A DNA stretch of 64,000 nt. Source: Planctomycetota bacterium. Its GTDB lineage: Bacteria > Planctomycetota > UBA8108 > SXIK01. Of this stretch, positions 51,051 to 60,405 are shown piece after piece. Made by a program: the position numbers and the translations under genes. The stretch spans positions 6,223,857 to 6,287,856 of the forward strand of contig CBDCXR010000004.1 in the NCBI GenBank assembly GCA_965223845.1. The letters run 5' to 3'. A model generated the notes under the pieces. It saw nothing but the letters and a program-made list of their open reading frames with translations, searched no databases and was not told where the DNA came from. Position 1 is the first letter of the stretch. The number at the start of each line of letters is the position of its first letter.

Positions 51051-51081
51051 CGAATCGAAGCGAGAGAGAGGGGGCCATCCG

Positions 51082-52536
51082 ATGATCAAGTTCCACCCGA
51101 TGGCGCGGGGGGCGAAGAGCGACCGACCGACTCGTCTCGGCCCGTTCGACTCCGACCTCCGACAGCGCGGCGCAGCTCTTCTCGTGGCCGTGGTGTTCGG
51201 GATCGGACTCCTGTCCATCGCCGCGCTCACGCTCCAGCTCTCGCTCGCGCACGCCGCGACGGGCAAGGGGCAGCGTGAGCTCTTCTTCGCCCGGCAGATC
51301 GCCGATTCCGGGGCGGCGCAGGCGCTCGCTCTGATGAAGGAAGGCGGGGCGGTTGCCCCGACTTCGGGCGGCTGGGTGTCGTTCTCGATCGGCGACTTTC
51401 TCTACGACACCTCGACGGATCCCGCGACGCGGATGAGCGTCGTCCGCGCGTGGGGACGAGTCGCGGTCGAGGCGTCGACGAGCTCGAGCACGGTCGCACC
51501 GGACGATCCGAGCTGGGATGGAACGGGATGGCTCGTGCGCGGCGTCGAGGTTACGGTCCAGGGCGTCGCGTTCATCCCGGAGTCGGCCGTGTACTTCGGG
51601 AACGGCGGCGTCGAGCGACCCCAGAACGGATTCGAGTGGACCGGAGGGTCCGACCTCACCGATCCGTCGACCTGGGGTACGGTGACGAGCTCGCCCTCGT
51701 CGTGGCAGGCGGCTTCGGTTCCCTTCGAAGCGAGTGCGCTCGATCACCCGATCGACTACCTGACGACTCTCGCCGCGCCGCCGCCGGCCACGTCGAATCC
51801 GCACCCGTATCAAGTGTGGTCGTCGCAGACGACGATCGGCCAGGCGAACACCGAGGCCTGGTTCAATTCCTCGGCCGGAGGTGGCTCGGCAATGTCGGGA
51901 GTCGCGCCTTCGACCGCGTACTACTCGAGCGATCCGACGTCGCCCGATTACGCGTTCCCCGTCGACTCGTCCGTACCGGACGTTCAGGATTTCGGCTGGA
52001 CGCTCTGGAACGAGAACTCGACGAATCCGAGTGCGACCATGCTATCGAGTGGAAGCCACAGCGGCACCTTCGGCGATTTGACGAGTCCGGGCGTGACCTT
52101 CGTCACCGGCGAGCTCGATGTCGCCTCGGGTACGACGTTCGAGGGCGCGGGGATCCTCGTCATCCGCGACGACTACGATCCGAACGTCGATACGAACAAC
52201 ACGCCGTCGGACCGCGCCCTCATGACGATCTCCGGGACGTTCAAGTGGACGGGGCTCGTCATCATCGCGGGGTGGGCGCCGAACATCACCGTCAACCCGG
52301 GCGGCGACGCGACGATCGTCGGGTCTCTCTTCGGCGAAGACAGCGTGCAGTCCGGAGGCGAGATCAGCCTCGACAGCGCCACGATCATTTTCCGCGTCGA
52401 AGATTCGATGAAAGTCCTCTACTCGAACGCACTCTTTGCGCCGGGAGGACCGATCAACCAGTTTCTTCCCGCGGTGACGAAGCAGATCCGCGGCGTCCGC
52501 GAAATCACGTCCACGTCGTTCGCGAGCACGTATTGA
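51082..52536 (+). CDS. PilX-N-like minor pilin / pilus assembly protein (large, 484 aa)
   Basis: RQRGAALLVAVVFGIGLLSIAALTLQ resembles the PilX N-terminal domain. The remainder is Ser/Thr/Gly-rich and beta-type. The start may be the downstream MARGAK. Confidence 0.5.
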   Translation: MIKFHPMARGAKSDRPTRLGPFDSDLRQRGAALLVAVVFGIGLLSIAALTLQLSLAHAATGKGQRELFFARQIADSGAAQALALMKEGGAVAPTSGGWVSFSIGDFLYDTSTDPATRMSVVRAWGRVAVEASTSSSTVAPDDPSWDGTGWLVRGVEVTVQGVAFIPESAVYFGNGGVERPQNGFEWTGGSDLTDPSTWGTVTSSPSSWQAASVPFEASALDHPIDYLTTLAAPPPATSNPHPYQVWSSQTTIGQANTEAWFNSSAGGGSAMSGVAPSTAYYSSDPTSPDYAFPVDSSVPDVQDFGWTLWNENSTNPSATMLSSGSHSGTFGDLTSPGVTFVTGELDVASGTTFEGAGILVIRDDYDPNVDTNNTPSDRALMTISGTFKWTGLVIIAGWAPNITVNPGGDATIVGSLFGEDSVQSGGEISLDSATIIFRVEDSMKVLYSNALFAPGGPINQFLPAVTKQIRGVREITSTSFASTY

Positions 52537-52603
52537 AGCAGCCGGGGACCGACGGTCCGAAGACCTCCGCGTCGTGATCTACCAAGCGATGGAACGAACG
52601 TAC

Positions 52604-53770
52604 ATGATCCGCCGAAAAGCCGTGTTTGCTGCTCTGATCGTCAGTGCTTTCGCCGTGGTGCCCGCTACTGCGCAAGTGAAGATCGACTCGACGCTCGCCG
52701 AGCTCGAGCGGGTGGTTCAGGGACTCGAGAATGTCGAGTCGGCGATCGCGAAGGCGTGGCCGACGCGGGACCGGGACACGGCGAACGAGCTGACGAGGCC
52801 GCCCCAAACCGACGAATTGTTCACGAAGCTGGACCGGCTGAATGTGCGCCGAAGCGCGTTGATCCTCAGACTCCAGTACGCAGCGAACGACCGTCGCTCG
52901 ATCAAGTCACAGGCGCGCGGAGCCGTGCCGGGGGAATTGATCGCGGCGCTGAGACGAGCGCGGGATCTAGCGTTCGTCGAAGCGCTCGTCGAAGCGGCTG
53001 GTCCGGACGCGATCAAGTCGCCGGAGTTCGTCGCCGTTCTCTTGCGGCAAGCGAAGCGCCACGCGCCGTGCCCAGGGTTCCTCGCCGACCTGCTCGCGAA
53101 AGCGCGATCGCGCGAGGCGGGTGCGTTTCTCGCGGCGGAAGGGGCTCGCACGAAGAGTCTCCGGCTCCTCAAGTCGGCCGGAGATACCGGCGATCCCGCG
53201 GTGATCGGAAGTCTCATCCGGTGTGCGAAGAGCCGGGATCGAGAACTTTCTCGTGCGGCGCTGGACGCCCTCGCCCGCATCGTGCCGCCTGCCGCTCGGG
53301 ATCCGGAGCTCGAGCCGCTCGTTCGGAGAGCCGTCCAAACGACTCGTTCTCCGGAGCTGAAGGCCACGCTCGTCGCCTATCTCGCGCAGACGCGGAATCC
53401 CGAGAACGCCGGTTTCTTCCGCCAACTCTACGAGCGGGAGAGGGGAACGACGATCGGGCTCGCCGCGGTCGGAGCACTCGGCATGCTCGGCGAGACCGAA
53501 GCGAGCTTTCTCCTCGAGGAATGCCGCCGGCTCGACACTCCACCCCGCGCCCGCGAGGCCTGCATTCGGGCGCTCGGGGCGGCGCGCTACAAGCTCGCGG
53601 TGCCGCATCTCATCGATTGCCTCGCGGATCCCGACGTCGAGCGGGCGGCGCGGCGATCGCTCCGGCAGATCGCCGGCCGCGACATCGGGCCGGGAGTCGG
53701 ACCTTGGCTTCGCTGGTGGCGTACTCAACCCGAGGCCGGGCCCGACGCGCGGGATCCCGACGATCTCTGA
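52604..53770 (+). CDS. Secreted HEAT-repeat protein
   Basis: Start MIRRKAVFAALIVSAFAVVPATAQ (signal peptide). HEAT/PBS-lyase-like repeats: RSRELSRAALDALARI, REACIRALGAARYKLAVPHLIDCLADPDVERAARRSLRQI. Confidence 0.55.
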   Translation: MIRRKAVFAALIVSAFAVVPATAQVKIDSTLAELERVVQGLENVESAIAKAWPTRDRDTANELTRPPQTDELFTKLDRLNVRRSALILRLQYAANDRRSIKSQARGAVPGELIAALRRARDLAFVEALVEAAGPDAIKSPEFVAVLLRQAKRHAPCPGFLADLLAKARSREAGAFLAAEGARTKSLRLLKSAGDTGDPAVIGSLIRCAKSRDRELSRAALDALARIVPPAARDPELEPLVRRAVQTTRSPELKATLVAYLAQTRNPENAGFFRQLYERERGTTIGLAAVGALGMLGETEASFLLEECRRLDTPPRAREACIRALGAARYKLAVPHLIDCLADPDVERAARRSLRQIAGRDIGPGVGPWLRWWRTQPEAGPDARDPDDL

Positions 53771-53788
53771 GAGATCTCCAGCCTACGC

Positions 53789-54463
53789 CTAGGCCGTGAC
53801 GGGTTCCGCCGGCTCCGCTTCCGCGACGGGGGTCGTCGCGGCGACCTCGACGGGACCGAATCGCCGCTGGTACTCGGCGTCGCACGCTTCGATCTCGGCG
53901 AGGACGCGGTCGACGTGGTCGTGGTCGGCAAAGCTCGACGTCGGCGCGCTCAGAATCGCTCGCGCCTCCTCGAGGACCGTCTGCTGCGCCTTCACGCGGC
54001 CGGTGAAGGTTTCGACGGCGCGGCTGACCTGGTCGGCTACGTCTTGAAGCTCGTCGTTCGCTCGGACCTGACATTTCCGGTCCCAGCGTCCGTCGACGAG
54101 ACCGGTCAGGAACTGACTGATGCGATGGAGAGGGCCGCAAAACTTGAACGACTGGTAGATCGCGACCGCGATGCAGATCGGAATCGCGATGACGAGCGTC
54201 TGCGCGAAGGACTTGAGAAGGATCGAAGGGATGCGATCCATCTGGTTCGCCGGGCCCTGCTGAACGAGAAGCCAATGGTTTACGAGGGCGAGCTGAAAGC
54301 TGATGAGGAGCGCGAAGATCGTCACGAACAGCGTTTGCAGCACCGTCTTCAGCTGTAGGTCCGGCCGGATCCACTTCCGGTTGCGTCGGGGACCTCGGTA
54401 TCTTCTCGTGTCACTCACGGTGGTGCGCCCTCGGGGGTCGGTAGCGTTGGGGTTGTGGGGCAA
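53789..54463 (-). CDS. Hypothetical membrane protein with a HAMP-like segment
   Basis: Two TM helices (LQTLFVTIFALLISFQLALV and LVIAIPICIAVAIYQSF) are followed by an amphipathic region with DELQDVADQVSRAVETF (HAMP-like). The N-terminal extent is uncertain. Confidence 0.4.
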   Translation of the reverse strand: MPHNPNATDPRGRTTVSDTRRYRGPRRNRKWIRPDLQLKTVLQTLFVTIFALLISFQLALVNHWLLVQQGPANQMDRIPSILLKSFAQTLVIAIPICIAVAIYQSFKFCGPLHRISQFLTGLVDGRWDRKCQVRANDELQDVADQVSRAVETFTGRVKAQQTVLEEARAILSAPTSSFADHDHVDRVLAEIEACDAEYQRRFGPVEVAATTPVAEAEPAEPVTA

Positions 54464-54575
54464 GTAGACAGCATTCGTCTATCGGCGTTTGCTCTGTCGT
54501 CTATTCAGTGGACGAGCGCCCCAACGTGCCGCAGGAACGTTTCCGGCCCTGCGGCGATGGTGCTCGCGATCGCCC

Positions 54576-57500
54576 TCAACGCGTCCTACGAGCGAGCTCT
54601 TCCTTCCAGGAATAGAGCGTCGGCACGATGAAGACCGTAATGAGGGCGACCAGCATCCCCCCGAAGGTCGGGATCGCCATCGGCACCATGACGTCCGATC
54701 CACGCCCGGTCGACGTGAGTATCGGAACGAGCGCGAGGATCGTCGTGCCGACGGTCATGAGGCACGGGCGGATCCGCCGCTTCCCGGCTTCGACGACCGC
54801 TTCGCGGATCTGGTCGCGAGTCTGAGGATCCCGGGCGTCGAAAACTTGCTTCAGGTAAGTACCGTTGATGACGCCGTCGTCGGTCGCGATGCCGAAGAGC
54901 GCGAGGAATCCGACCCACACCGCGACCGAGAGGTTGTAGGGACGGACGTGAAAGAGCTCGCGCAGGTTGGCGCCGAAGACCGAAACGTCGAGGAACCAAT
55001 CCTCGCCGTAGAGCCAGAGCAGGAGAAAGCCGCCGCTCCAGGCGACGAAAACGCCGCTGAAGACGATGAGGCTCGTCGCGACGGACCGAAACTGGAGATA
55101 GAGGATGAGGAGGATGATCGCGAGCGCGACCGGGATGACGAGGCGGAGGCGTCGCTCGGAGCGGATCTGGTGCTCGTAGCTCCCGGCGAAGCGGTAGGTG
55201 ACTCCCTGCGGGCGCGTAAGGCGACCCTCGCGCTCCGCCGCGGCGAGGTGGGCCTTCGCCTCCTCGACAACGTCGACCTCCGCCGCGCCGTCGATCTTGT
55301 CGAAGGTGACGTAGGCGACGAGCTGGGTGTCTTCGCCCTTGATCACCATGGGGCCGGGTCGGTACTCGATGCGCGCGAGCTGGCCGATCGGGATGTGCGC
55401 ACCGGTGGGCGTCGGAACGAGGATCTTCGCCATCGACTCGATGCTGTCGCGGAGCTCGCGGAGGTATCGAACACGTACGGGATAGCGTTCGCGTCCTTCG
55501 AACGTCGTCGTAAGCGCCCGCCCTCCGATCGCGACCTCGACGACGTCCTGAATCTGCCGCACGGAGATGCCGTAACGTGCAATCGCTTTTCGGTCGATCT
55601 CGAACTCGAGGTAGGGCTTCCCGATCACACGGTCGGCGTTCACCGTTCCCGGGCGAATCGACGGGACGCGGCGGAGGAGGGCCTCGATTTCGAGCGCGGC
55701 CGACGAGAGCGCCGCGAGATCCGGACCGAACACCTTGACGCCGAGCGGCGCACGCATCCCGGTCTGAAGCATGACGAGGCGCGTTTCGATGGGCTGGAGC
55801 TTCGGCGCAGACGTCGAGCCCGGGATCTTCGCGACGCGCTCGATCTCGCGCCAAATATCGTCTTCCGTGCGGATCTCATCCCGCCACTGGCGGTAGGGCT
55901 TCCCCTCCGGATCCTCGATCAGCTCTCCGCGTGAATCCCGGACGAATTCGCCCTCGTGCGTGACCTTGAATCGGCGGGGTCGTCCGTCGCCGTCGAGCGC
56001 GTACTCCGGCTTGTACGTGATGATCGTCTCCACCATCGAGAGCGGCGCGGGATCGAGTGCGCTCTCGGCGCGGCCGATCTTTCCGACCACGAGCTCGACC
56101 TCGGGGAGGCTTCGGATCGCGAGGTCTTGCTTGCGGAGCGCGTCCATCGCTTCGCCGATCGAAGCGTGCGGCATCGTCGTCGGCATGTAGAGGAAGGATC
56201 CCTCCGAGAGGCGCGGCATGAATTCTTCGCCGAGACCGGGGAAGGTTCGCTCGAGGAAACGCCACGGCGCCGACCCGCGCGCCGCGTCTTCGTCGACTCC
56301 GACGAGCGCGAGCGCGCGCGGTACGAATCCGAAAACGGCCGGCGCCCCGAGCCAGATCGTGACACCGAGAAGAGCGACCGCGGCCGGCAGAGAGAGAAAG
56401 AGGAGCTTGTGCCGGAGGCACCACCGCAGGATCGGCTCGTAGAAGCGCGAAAAGATCGCGATCACGAAGTACACCGAACCGAGGATGAGCGCGACGAAGA
56501 CGAGATTCCGCGCGAATCCGCGCCCGACTCCGAGCGGGAGCCAGTGCTCGGTGAGGAACGCGAGGCCGATCGCGATCGCCCCGGCGACAGCCGCGCGCGG
56601 TCCCCAGCGCCGAACGAACGCGGGAAGCCGGCGCTCGACCAGAAACCAGAGACCGAACGCGCTCGCAACGACGCCGAGCGGGAGCGAAACGCGAAGCGCG
56701 AGCCAGGCGCCTCCGACGAGTGTCGCGAGCGAAAGCCCCGCCCGGATCGCGGGGCGTCGTACCCGTCCCGCAAACAGTAGATGCGCGAGCGGCGGAAGAA
56801 CGAAGACGGCGACGACGACCGAGCTCGCGAGGGCGAACGTCTTCGTGAACGCGAGCGGCCGGAAGAGCTTCCCCTCCGCCGCTTCCATCGTGAAAACAGG
56901 GAGAAAGCTGACGACCGTCGTGAGCACTGCGGTGAGGACCGCGCCGGCGACTTCGGTAGACGCACGGTACACCACCTCGAGCCGGCTCTCGTCGGGGGGA
57001 GCCTCCTCGAGTCGGCGGAGGACGTTCTCCGCGAGAACGACCCCCATGTCGACCATGGTGCCGATGGCGATCGCGATCCCGGAGAGCGCGACGATGTTCG
57101 CATCGACGCCGAATTCCTTCATCGCGATGAAGGAGAGCAGCACGGCGAGCGGGAGAACGCCCGAGATGAGGAGCGAGCTTCGGAGATGGAGCGCCATGAG
57201 AAGGACGACGATCATCGTCACTAAGATCTCGTCGGCGAGCGCCGAGCTCAGCGTTTCGAGCGTCTCGTAGATGAGTTCCGTCCGGTCGTAGAACGGGACG
57301 ATCGTCACCTGGCTCACGGTGCCGTCGTCGAGGACCTTCGAGGGAAGCGCGGCCGAAATCTCGGCGATCCTTTCCTTGAGGCGCTGGATCGTTGCGAGGG
57401 GATTTTCGCCGTAGCGAACGGTGACGATGCCTCCGACCGCCTCGGTGCCCTCCTTGTCGAGCGCGCCGCGCCGAAACGCCGGTCCCTCGCTCACGAACGC

Positions 57501-58370
57501 GACGTCGCGGATGCTGATCGGGACGTTCTCGTTGACCTTGATCACCGTGTCGCGAATGTCTTCGAGGCTCTCGAGAAAGCCGACTCCGCGGATGATGTAC
57601 TCGACGCGGTTGATCTCGATCGTCCGTGCGCCCACGTCGACGTTCGACATCCGCACGGCGCGAAAGACCTGCTCGAGCGTCACTCCGTGCGCGCGCATCG
57701 CGTCGGGGTCGACGTCGATTTGATACTCGCGCACGAACCCGCCGACGGACGCGACCTCGCTCACGCCCTCGACGGGCGCGAGCGCGAGGCGGACCTGCCA
57801 GTCCTGGATCGCGCGGAGCTCCTCGAGGTCCCAGCCGCCTGCGGGCCGGCCGTGCCGGTCGCGCCCCTCGAGCGTGTACTGATAGATTTGCCCGAGCGGC
57901 GTCGCGTCGGGCCCGAGCCGCGGCTGAACTCCCGGCGGGAGCGTCGAGCGCGGCAGGCTGCTCAGCTTCTCGAGTATGCGGACCCGCGACCAGTCGAACT
58001 CGGCGTCGTCGCGGAAGATCACGTAGACGCTCGAAAACCCGAAGTACGAGTAGCTCCGAACGGTCTTCACCTTCGGGATCCCGAGGAGCGACACGGTGAG
58101 GGGATAGGTGATCTGATCCTCGACGTCTTCCGGCGAGCGACCGGGCCACTCGGTGAAGACGATCTGCTGGTTCTCCCCGTAGTCGGGGATGGCGTCGACG
58201 GGGACGGGGTCGCGAGGGAGTCCGGCGACATCCCAGTCGAACGGCGCGACGAGTGCGCCCCAGAGCACGAAACCGGCGGTCACGAGCGCGACGACGAGCT
58301 TGTTCTCGAGGGCGAAGCGGATCGCGCGATCGAGTGGACCGCGCGCAGGCGCGTTATTCATTGCGATCAC
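54576..58370 (-). CDS. cusA: CusA/CzcA-family heavy-metal efflux RND transporter
   Basis: A 1264-aa polytopic protein with the RND hallmarks MNNAPARGPLDRAIRFALENKLVVALVTAG at the N-terminus and GIAIAIGTMVDMGVVLAENV in TM4. It carries an extra hydrophobic insertion relative to canonical CusA. It overlaps cusB by 17 nt. Confidence 0.85.
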   Translation of the reverse strand: MIAMNNAPARGPLDRAIRFALENKLVVALVTAGFVLWGALVAPFDWDVAGLPRDPVPVDAIPDYGENQQIVFTEWPGRSPEDVEDQITYPLTVSLLGIPKVKTVRSYSYFGFSSVYVIFRDDAEFDWSRVRILEKLSSLPRSTLPPGVQPRLGPDATPLGQIYQYTLEGRDRHGRPAGGWDLEELRAIQDWQVRLALAPVEGVSEVASVGGFVREYQIDVDPDAMRAHGVTLEQVFRAVRMSNVDVGARTIEINRVEYIIRGVGFLESLEDIRDTVIKVNENVPISIRDVAFVSEGPAFRRGALDKEGTEAVGGIVTVRYGENPLATIQRLKERIAEISAALPSKVLDDGTVSQVTIVPFYDRTELIYETLETLSSALADEILVTMIVVLLMALHLRSSLLISGVLPLAVLLSFIAMKEFGVDANIVALSGIAIAIGTMVDMGVVLAENVLRRLEEAPPDESRLEVVYRASTEVAGAVLTAVLTTVVSFLPVFTMEAAEGKLFRPLAFTKTFALASSVVVAVFVLPPLAHLLFAGRVRRPAIRAGLSLATLVGGAWLALRVSLPLGVVASAFGLWFLVERRLPAFVRRWGPRAAVAGAIAIGLAFLTEHWLPLGVGRGFARNLVFVALILGSVYFVIAIFSRFYEPILRWCLRHKLLFLSLPAAVALLGVTIWLGAPAVFGFVPRALALVGVDEDAARGSAPWRFLERTFPGLGEEFMPRLSEGSFLYMPTTMPHASIGEAMDALRKQDLAIRSLPEVELVVGKIGRAESALDPAPLSMVETIITYKPEYALDGDGRPRRFKVTHEGEFVRDSRGELIEDPEGKPYRQWRDEIRTEDDIWREIERVAKIPGSTSAPKLQPIETRLVMLQTGMRAPLGVKVFGPDLAALSSAALEIEALLRRVPSIRPGTVNADRVIGKPYLEFEIDRKAIARYGISVRQIQDVVEVAIGGRALTTTFEGRERYPVRVRYLRELRDSIESMAKILVPTPTGAHIPIGQLARIEYRPGPMVIKGEDTQLVAYVTFDKIDGAAEVDVVEEAKAHLAAAEREGRLTRPQGVTYRFAGSYEHQIRSERRLRLVIPVALAIILLILYLQFRSVATSLIVFSGVFVAWSGGFLLLWLYGEDWFLDVSVFGANLRELFHVRPYNLSVAVWVGFLALFGIATDDGVINGTYLKQVFDARDPQTRDQIREAVVEAGKRRIRPCLMTVGTTILALVPILTSTGRGSDVMVPMAIPTFGGMLVALITVFIVPTLYSWKEELARRTR

Positions 58371-60405
58371 CGTCGCGGTGCGAGTGCTCGTCGCCCGGCT
58401 TCGCGGGCGACGAGGACGTGGAGCCAGCGTCCCGCGGGGCGTGCGTGCTTCTCTTCACCCCGCAGCGAAGCATCGCCGCGCCGAAGTACGGATTGCGCAC
58501 GGTCTCGTCGCTTTGGAGCCAAAGCGCGCCGCGATTCTTGAACGCCATCGGACAGTGCACCTCGTGAACGGGCGCCGTCGATTCGTGGCCGTACCGCGCG
58601 ATTGCGCGCTGAAGCTCGAGCGAGAGCGACTCGAACGCGCTCCGCTGAACTACGATCGAATCGGCACGCGCGAGGCGTTCCGACGCGCGCGCGAGCGCTT
58701 GCCGCGCAGCCGCCCACTGCGCATCGGCGCTCTCTTCGCCTTCCCGGCGGGGCGGAAGCGCGGCCGCCGCTTTCGTCGCCGCCGCGCGGGCGCCTTCGGA
58801 TTTGTCGGACGCCAGCGCATCGCCGATTTCACGGTAGAGATCGTAGAACGCGGTCAGCTCGCGGCGGATCTCTGGATCGTCCGCGGTCGGAGCGGGCGGT
58901 GGCGACGTGTCCGCGCCGCCGGCGGGGTCTCCGCTCGCGCGCTCCTCCGCGTGTGAATGTCCGTGGAGATGGCCTCCGCCTCCCGGCCCGCCGCCCTCGG
59001 GCTGCATCATGCTCGGCTTCGCTTCGATCTGAAGGGCGCTGTCGATCTTGAATCCTCCGCGAACGACCACCTCCTCGCCTTCGTCGAGTCCGCGCGTGAC
59101 GACGTAGTGCTCTCCCGCGCGCGGCCCGAGAACGACGCTACGCCCTTCGAAGATCGACGTGTCGGGCCTTCGCACATAGACGACCGCGCGCCGGCCGGTG
59201 ATGAGCGGCGCTGAGGCGGGAATGACGAGCGGCGGCGTCTCGCTCGTAGCGCCGACGCGAAAGAGCTTCTCCGACGGCACGAGGTCCATGCCGCAGATAT
59301 CGCAGGAGCCGGGTCCGTCCTTCACGATCTCGGGATGCATCGGGCTGATCCACTTCCCGGCGAGCGCGGGATCCATCACGCGACCGCCCGCGGCGAGCGT
59401 CGATCGCGCCTGGGCGCGGACGAACATCCCCGGCTTCAGTCGATGGTCGGCGTTGTCGACGTTCAGCCGGACCTTTACCGTGCGCGTGTTCGGGTCGACC
59501 ACCCAATCTTCAAACGTCACTCGGCCGTGAAACGTCTCGCCCGGATAGGCCGGAGTTTCGAACGTGACGTCCTGACCGTAGCGGAGCCAAGGGAGATCCG
59601 ACTCGTAGGCATCGAGCTTCACCCAGAGGCGAGTGAGATCGGCGACCTTGTAGATCGGCGTACCCGTGGAGACGTAGTCGCCTTCGCTCGCGAGTTTCTC
59701 GACGACGACACCCTCGACGGGAGACGGAATCATGAGGTGCTGGCTCGGCGTGCGCCGCCGCTCGATCTCCGCGATCTGCTCCTCGGCGAGCCCGAGGAGG
59801 GCGAGCTTCGTTCGCACCGCATCGAGGTTGCCCGAGGGAAAGCGGCTCGAGAGACTCTCGTTCGTGGGCTCGGTTCGCTCGACGGCGTTCAGCGCCTCGA
59901 CGAGCTGCTGCTGCGCCGCGTAGAGCTTCGGACTGTAGATGTCGACGAGGTGGTCGCCGACGGCGACCGGGACCCCGGTGTAGTTGACGAACAGCCGGTC
60001 GAGCCGGCCGTCGACCCACGCGGTGATCGTCTTCACTTCGGTCTCGTCGAATTCGATCTTCCCCACCATCGCGATCGTCGCCTCGACGAACTTCCGCTCG
60101 ACGGGTCGCGTCTCGACTTCGGCGAGGCGCATCGCGGCTTCGGAGAGCTCGAGCGCTCGCGGGCCCGGGTCGTCCGCACGCTCGGCGAGAGGGATCAGAT
60201 CCATTTCGCAGATCGAGCACTTCCCTTCGTAGGGAAGCGTGATGTGAGGATGCATCGAACAGTAGTACGTCGTCGCGCCGCCCGCGGACGGTTCGCTCGA
60301 CGGGTCGCGATCGGCCTCGTCGCGCGAGAGCGTCCCGGCCCAGTACGAGAGGCCGGCAACCACCGCGAGCACGATGGCGAACAGGGCGATGGCTCGGAGG
60401 TTCAT
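58354..60405 (-). CDS. cusB: Efflux RND periplasmic adaptor (CusB-like) with duplicated N-terminal metal-binding motifs, a His/Gly-rich stretch and a C-terminal DUF3347-like domain
   Basis: Start MNLRAIALFAIVLAVVAG after AGGGAGGAA. YYCSMHPHI..CSICEMDL and ISPMHPEIV..CDICGMDL are heavy-metal-binding motifs. GGGPGGGGHLHGHSH. The C-terminal HCPMAFKNRGALWLQ...NPYFGAAMLRCG matches DUF3347. The track's 1063-aa ORF extends spuriously upstream into cusC. Confidence 0.8.
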   Translation of the reverse strand: MNLRAIALFAIVLAVVAGLSYWAGTLSRDEADRDPSSEPSAGGATTYYCSMHPHITLPYEGKCSICEMDLIPLAERADDPGPRALELSEAAMRLAEVETRPVERKFVEATIAMVGKIEFDETEVKTITAWVDGRLDRLFVNYTGVPVAVGDHLVDIYSPKLYAAQQQLVEALNAVERTEPTNESLSSRFPSGNLDAVRTKLALLGLAEEQIAEIERRRTPSQHLMIPSPVEGVVVEKLASEGDYVSTGTPIYKVADLTRLWVKLDAYESDLPWLRYGQDVTFETPAYPGETFHGRVTFEDWVVDPNTRTVKVRLNVDNADHRLKPGMFVRAQARSTLAAGGRVMDPALAGKWISPMHPEIVKDGPGSCDICGMDLVPSEKLFRVGATSETPPLVIPASAPLITGRRAVVYVRRPDTSIFEGRSVVLGPRAGEHYVVTRGLDEGEEVVVRGGFKIDSALQIEAKPSMMQPEGGGPGGGGHLHGHSHAEERASGDPAGGADTSPPPAPTADDPEIRRELTAFYDLYREIGDALASDKSEGARAAATKAAAALPPRREGEESADAQWAAARQALARASERLARADSIVVQRSAFESLSLELQRAIARYGHESTAPVHEVHCPMAFKNRGALWLQSDETVRNPYFGAAMLRCGVKRSTHAPRDAGSTSSSPAKPGDEHSHRDGDRNE

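Noticed and set aside
55876-58149. 757-aa minus-strand ORF nested inside cusA, plus 54586..55854, 54489..55934 and 56485..57270
   Set aside because: Extremely Arg/Gly/Pro-rich with no motifs. These are alternative frames of, or antisense to, the RND transporter gene.
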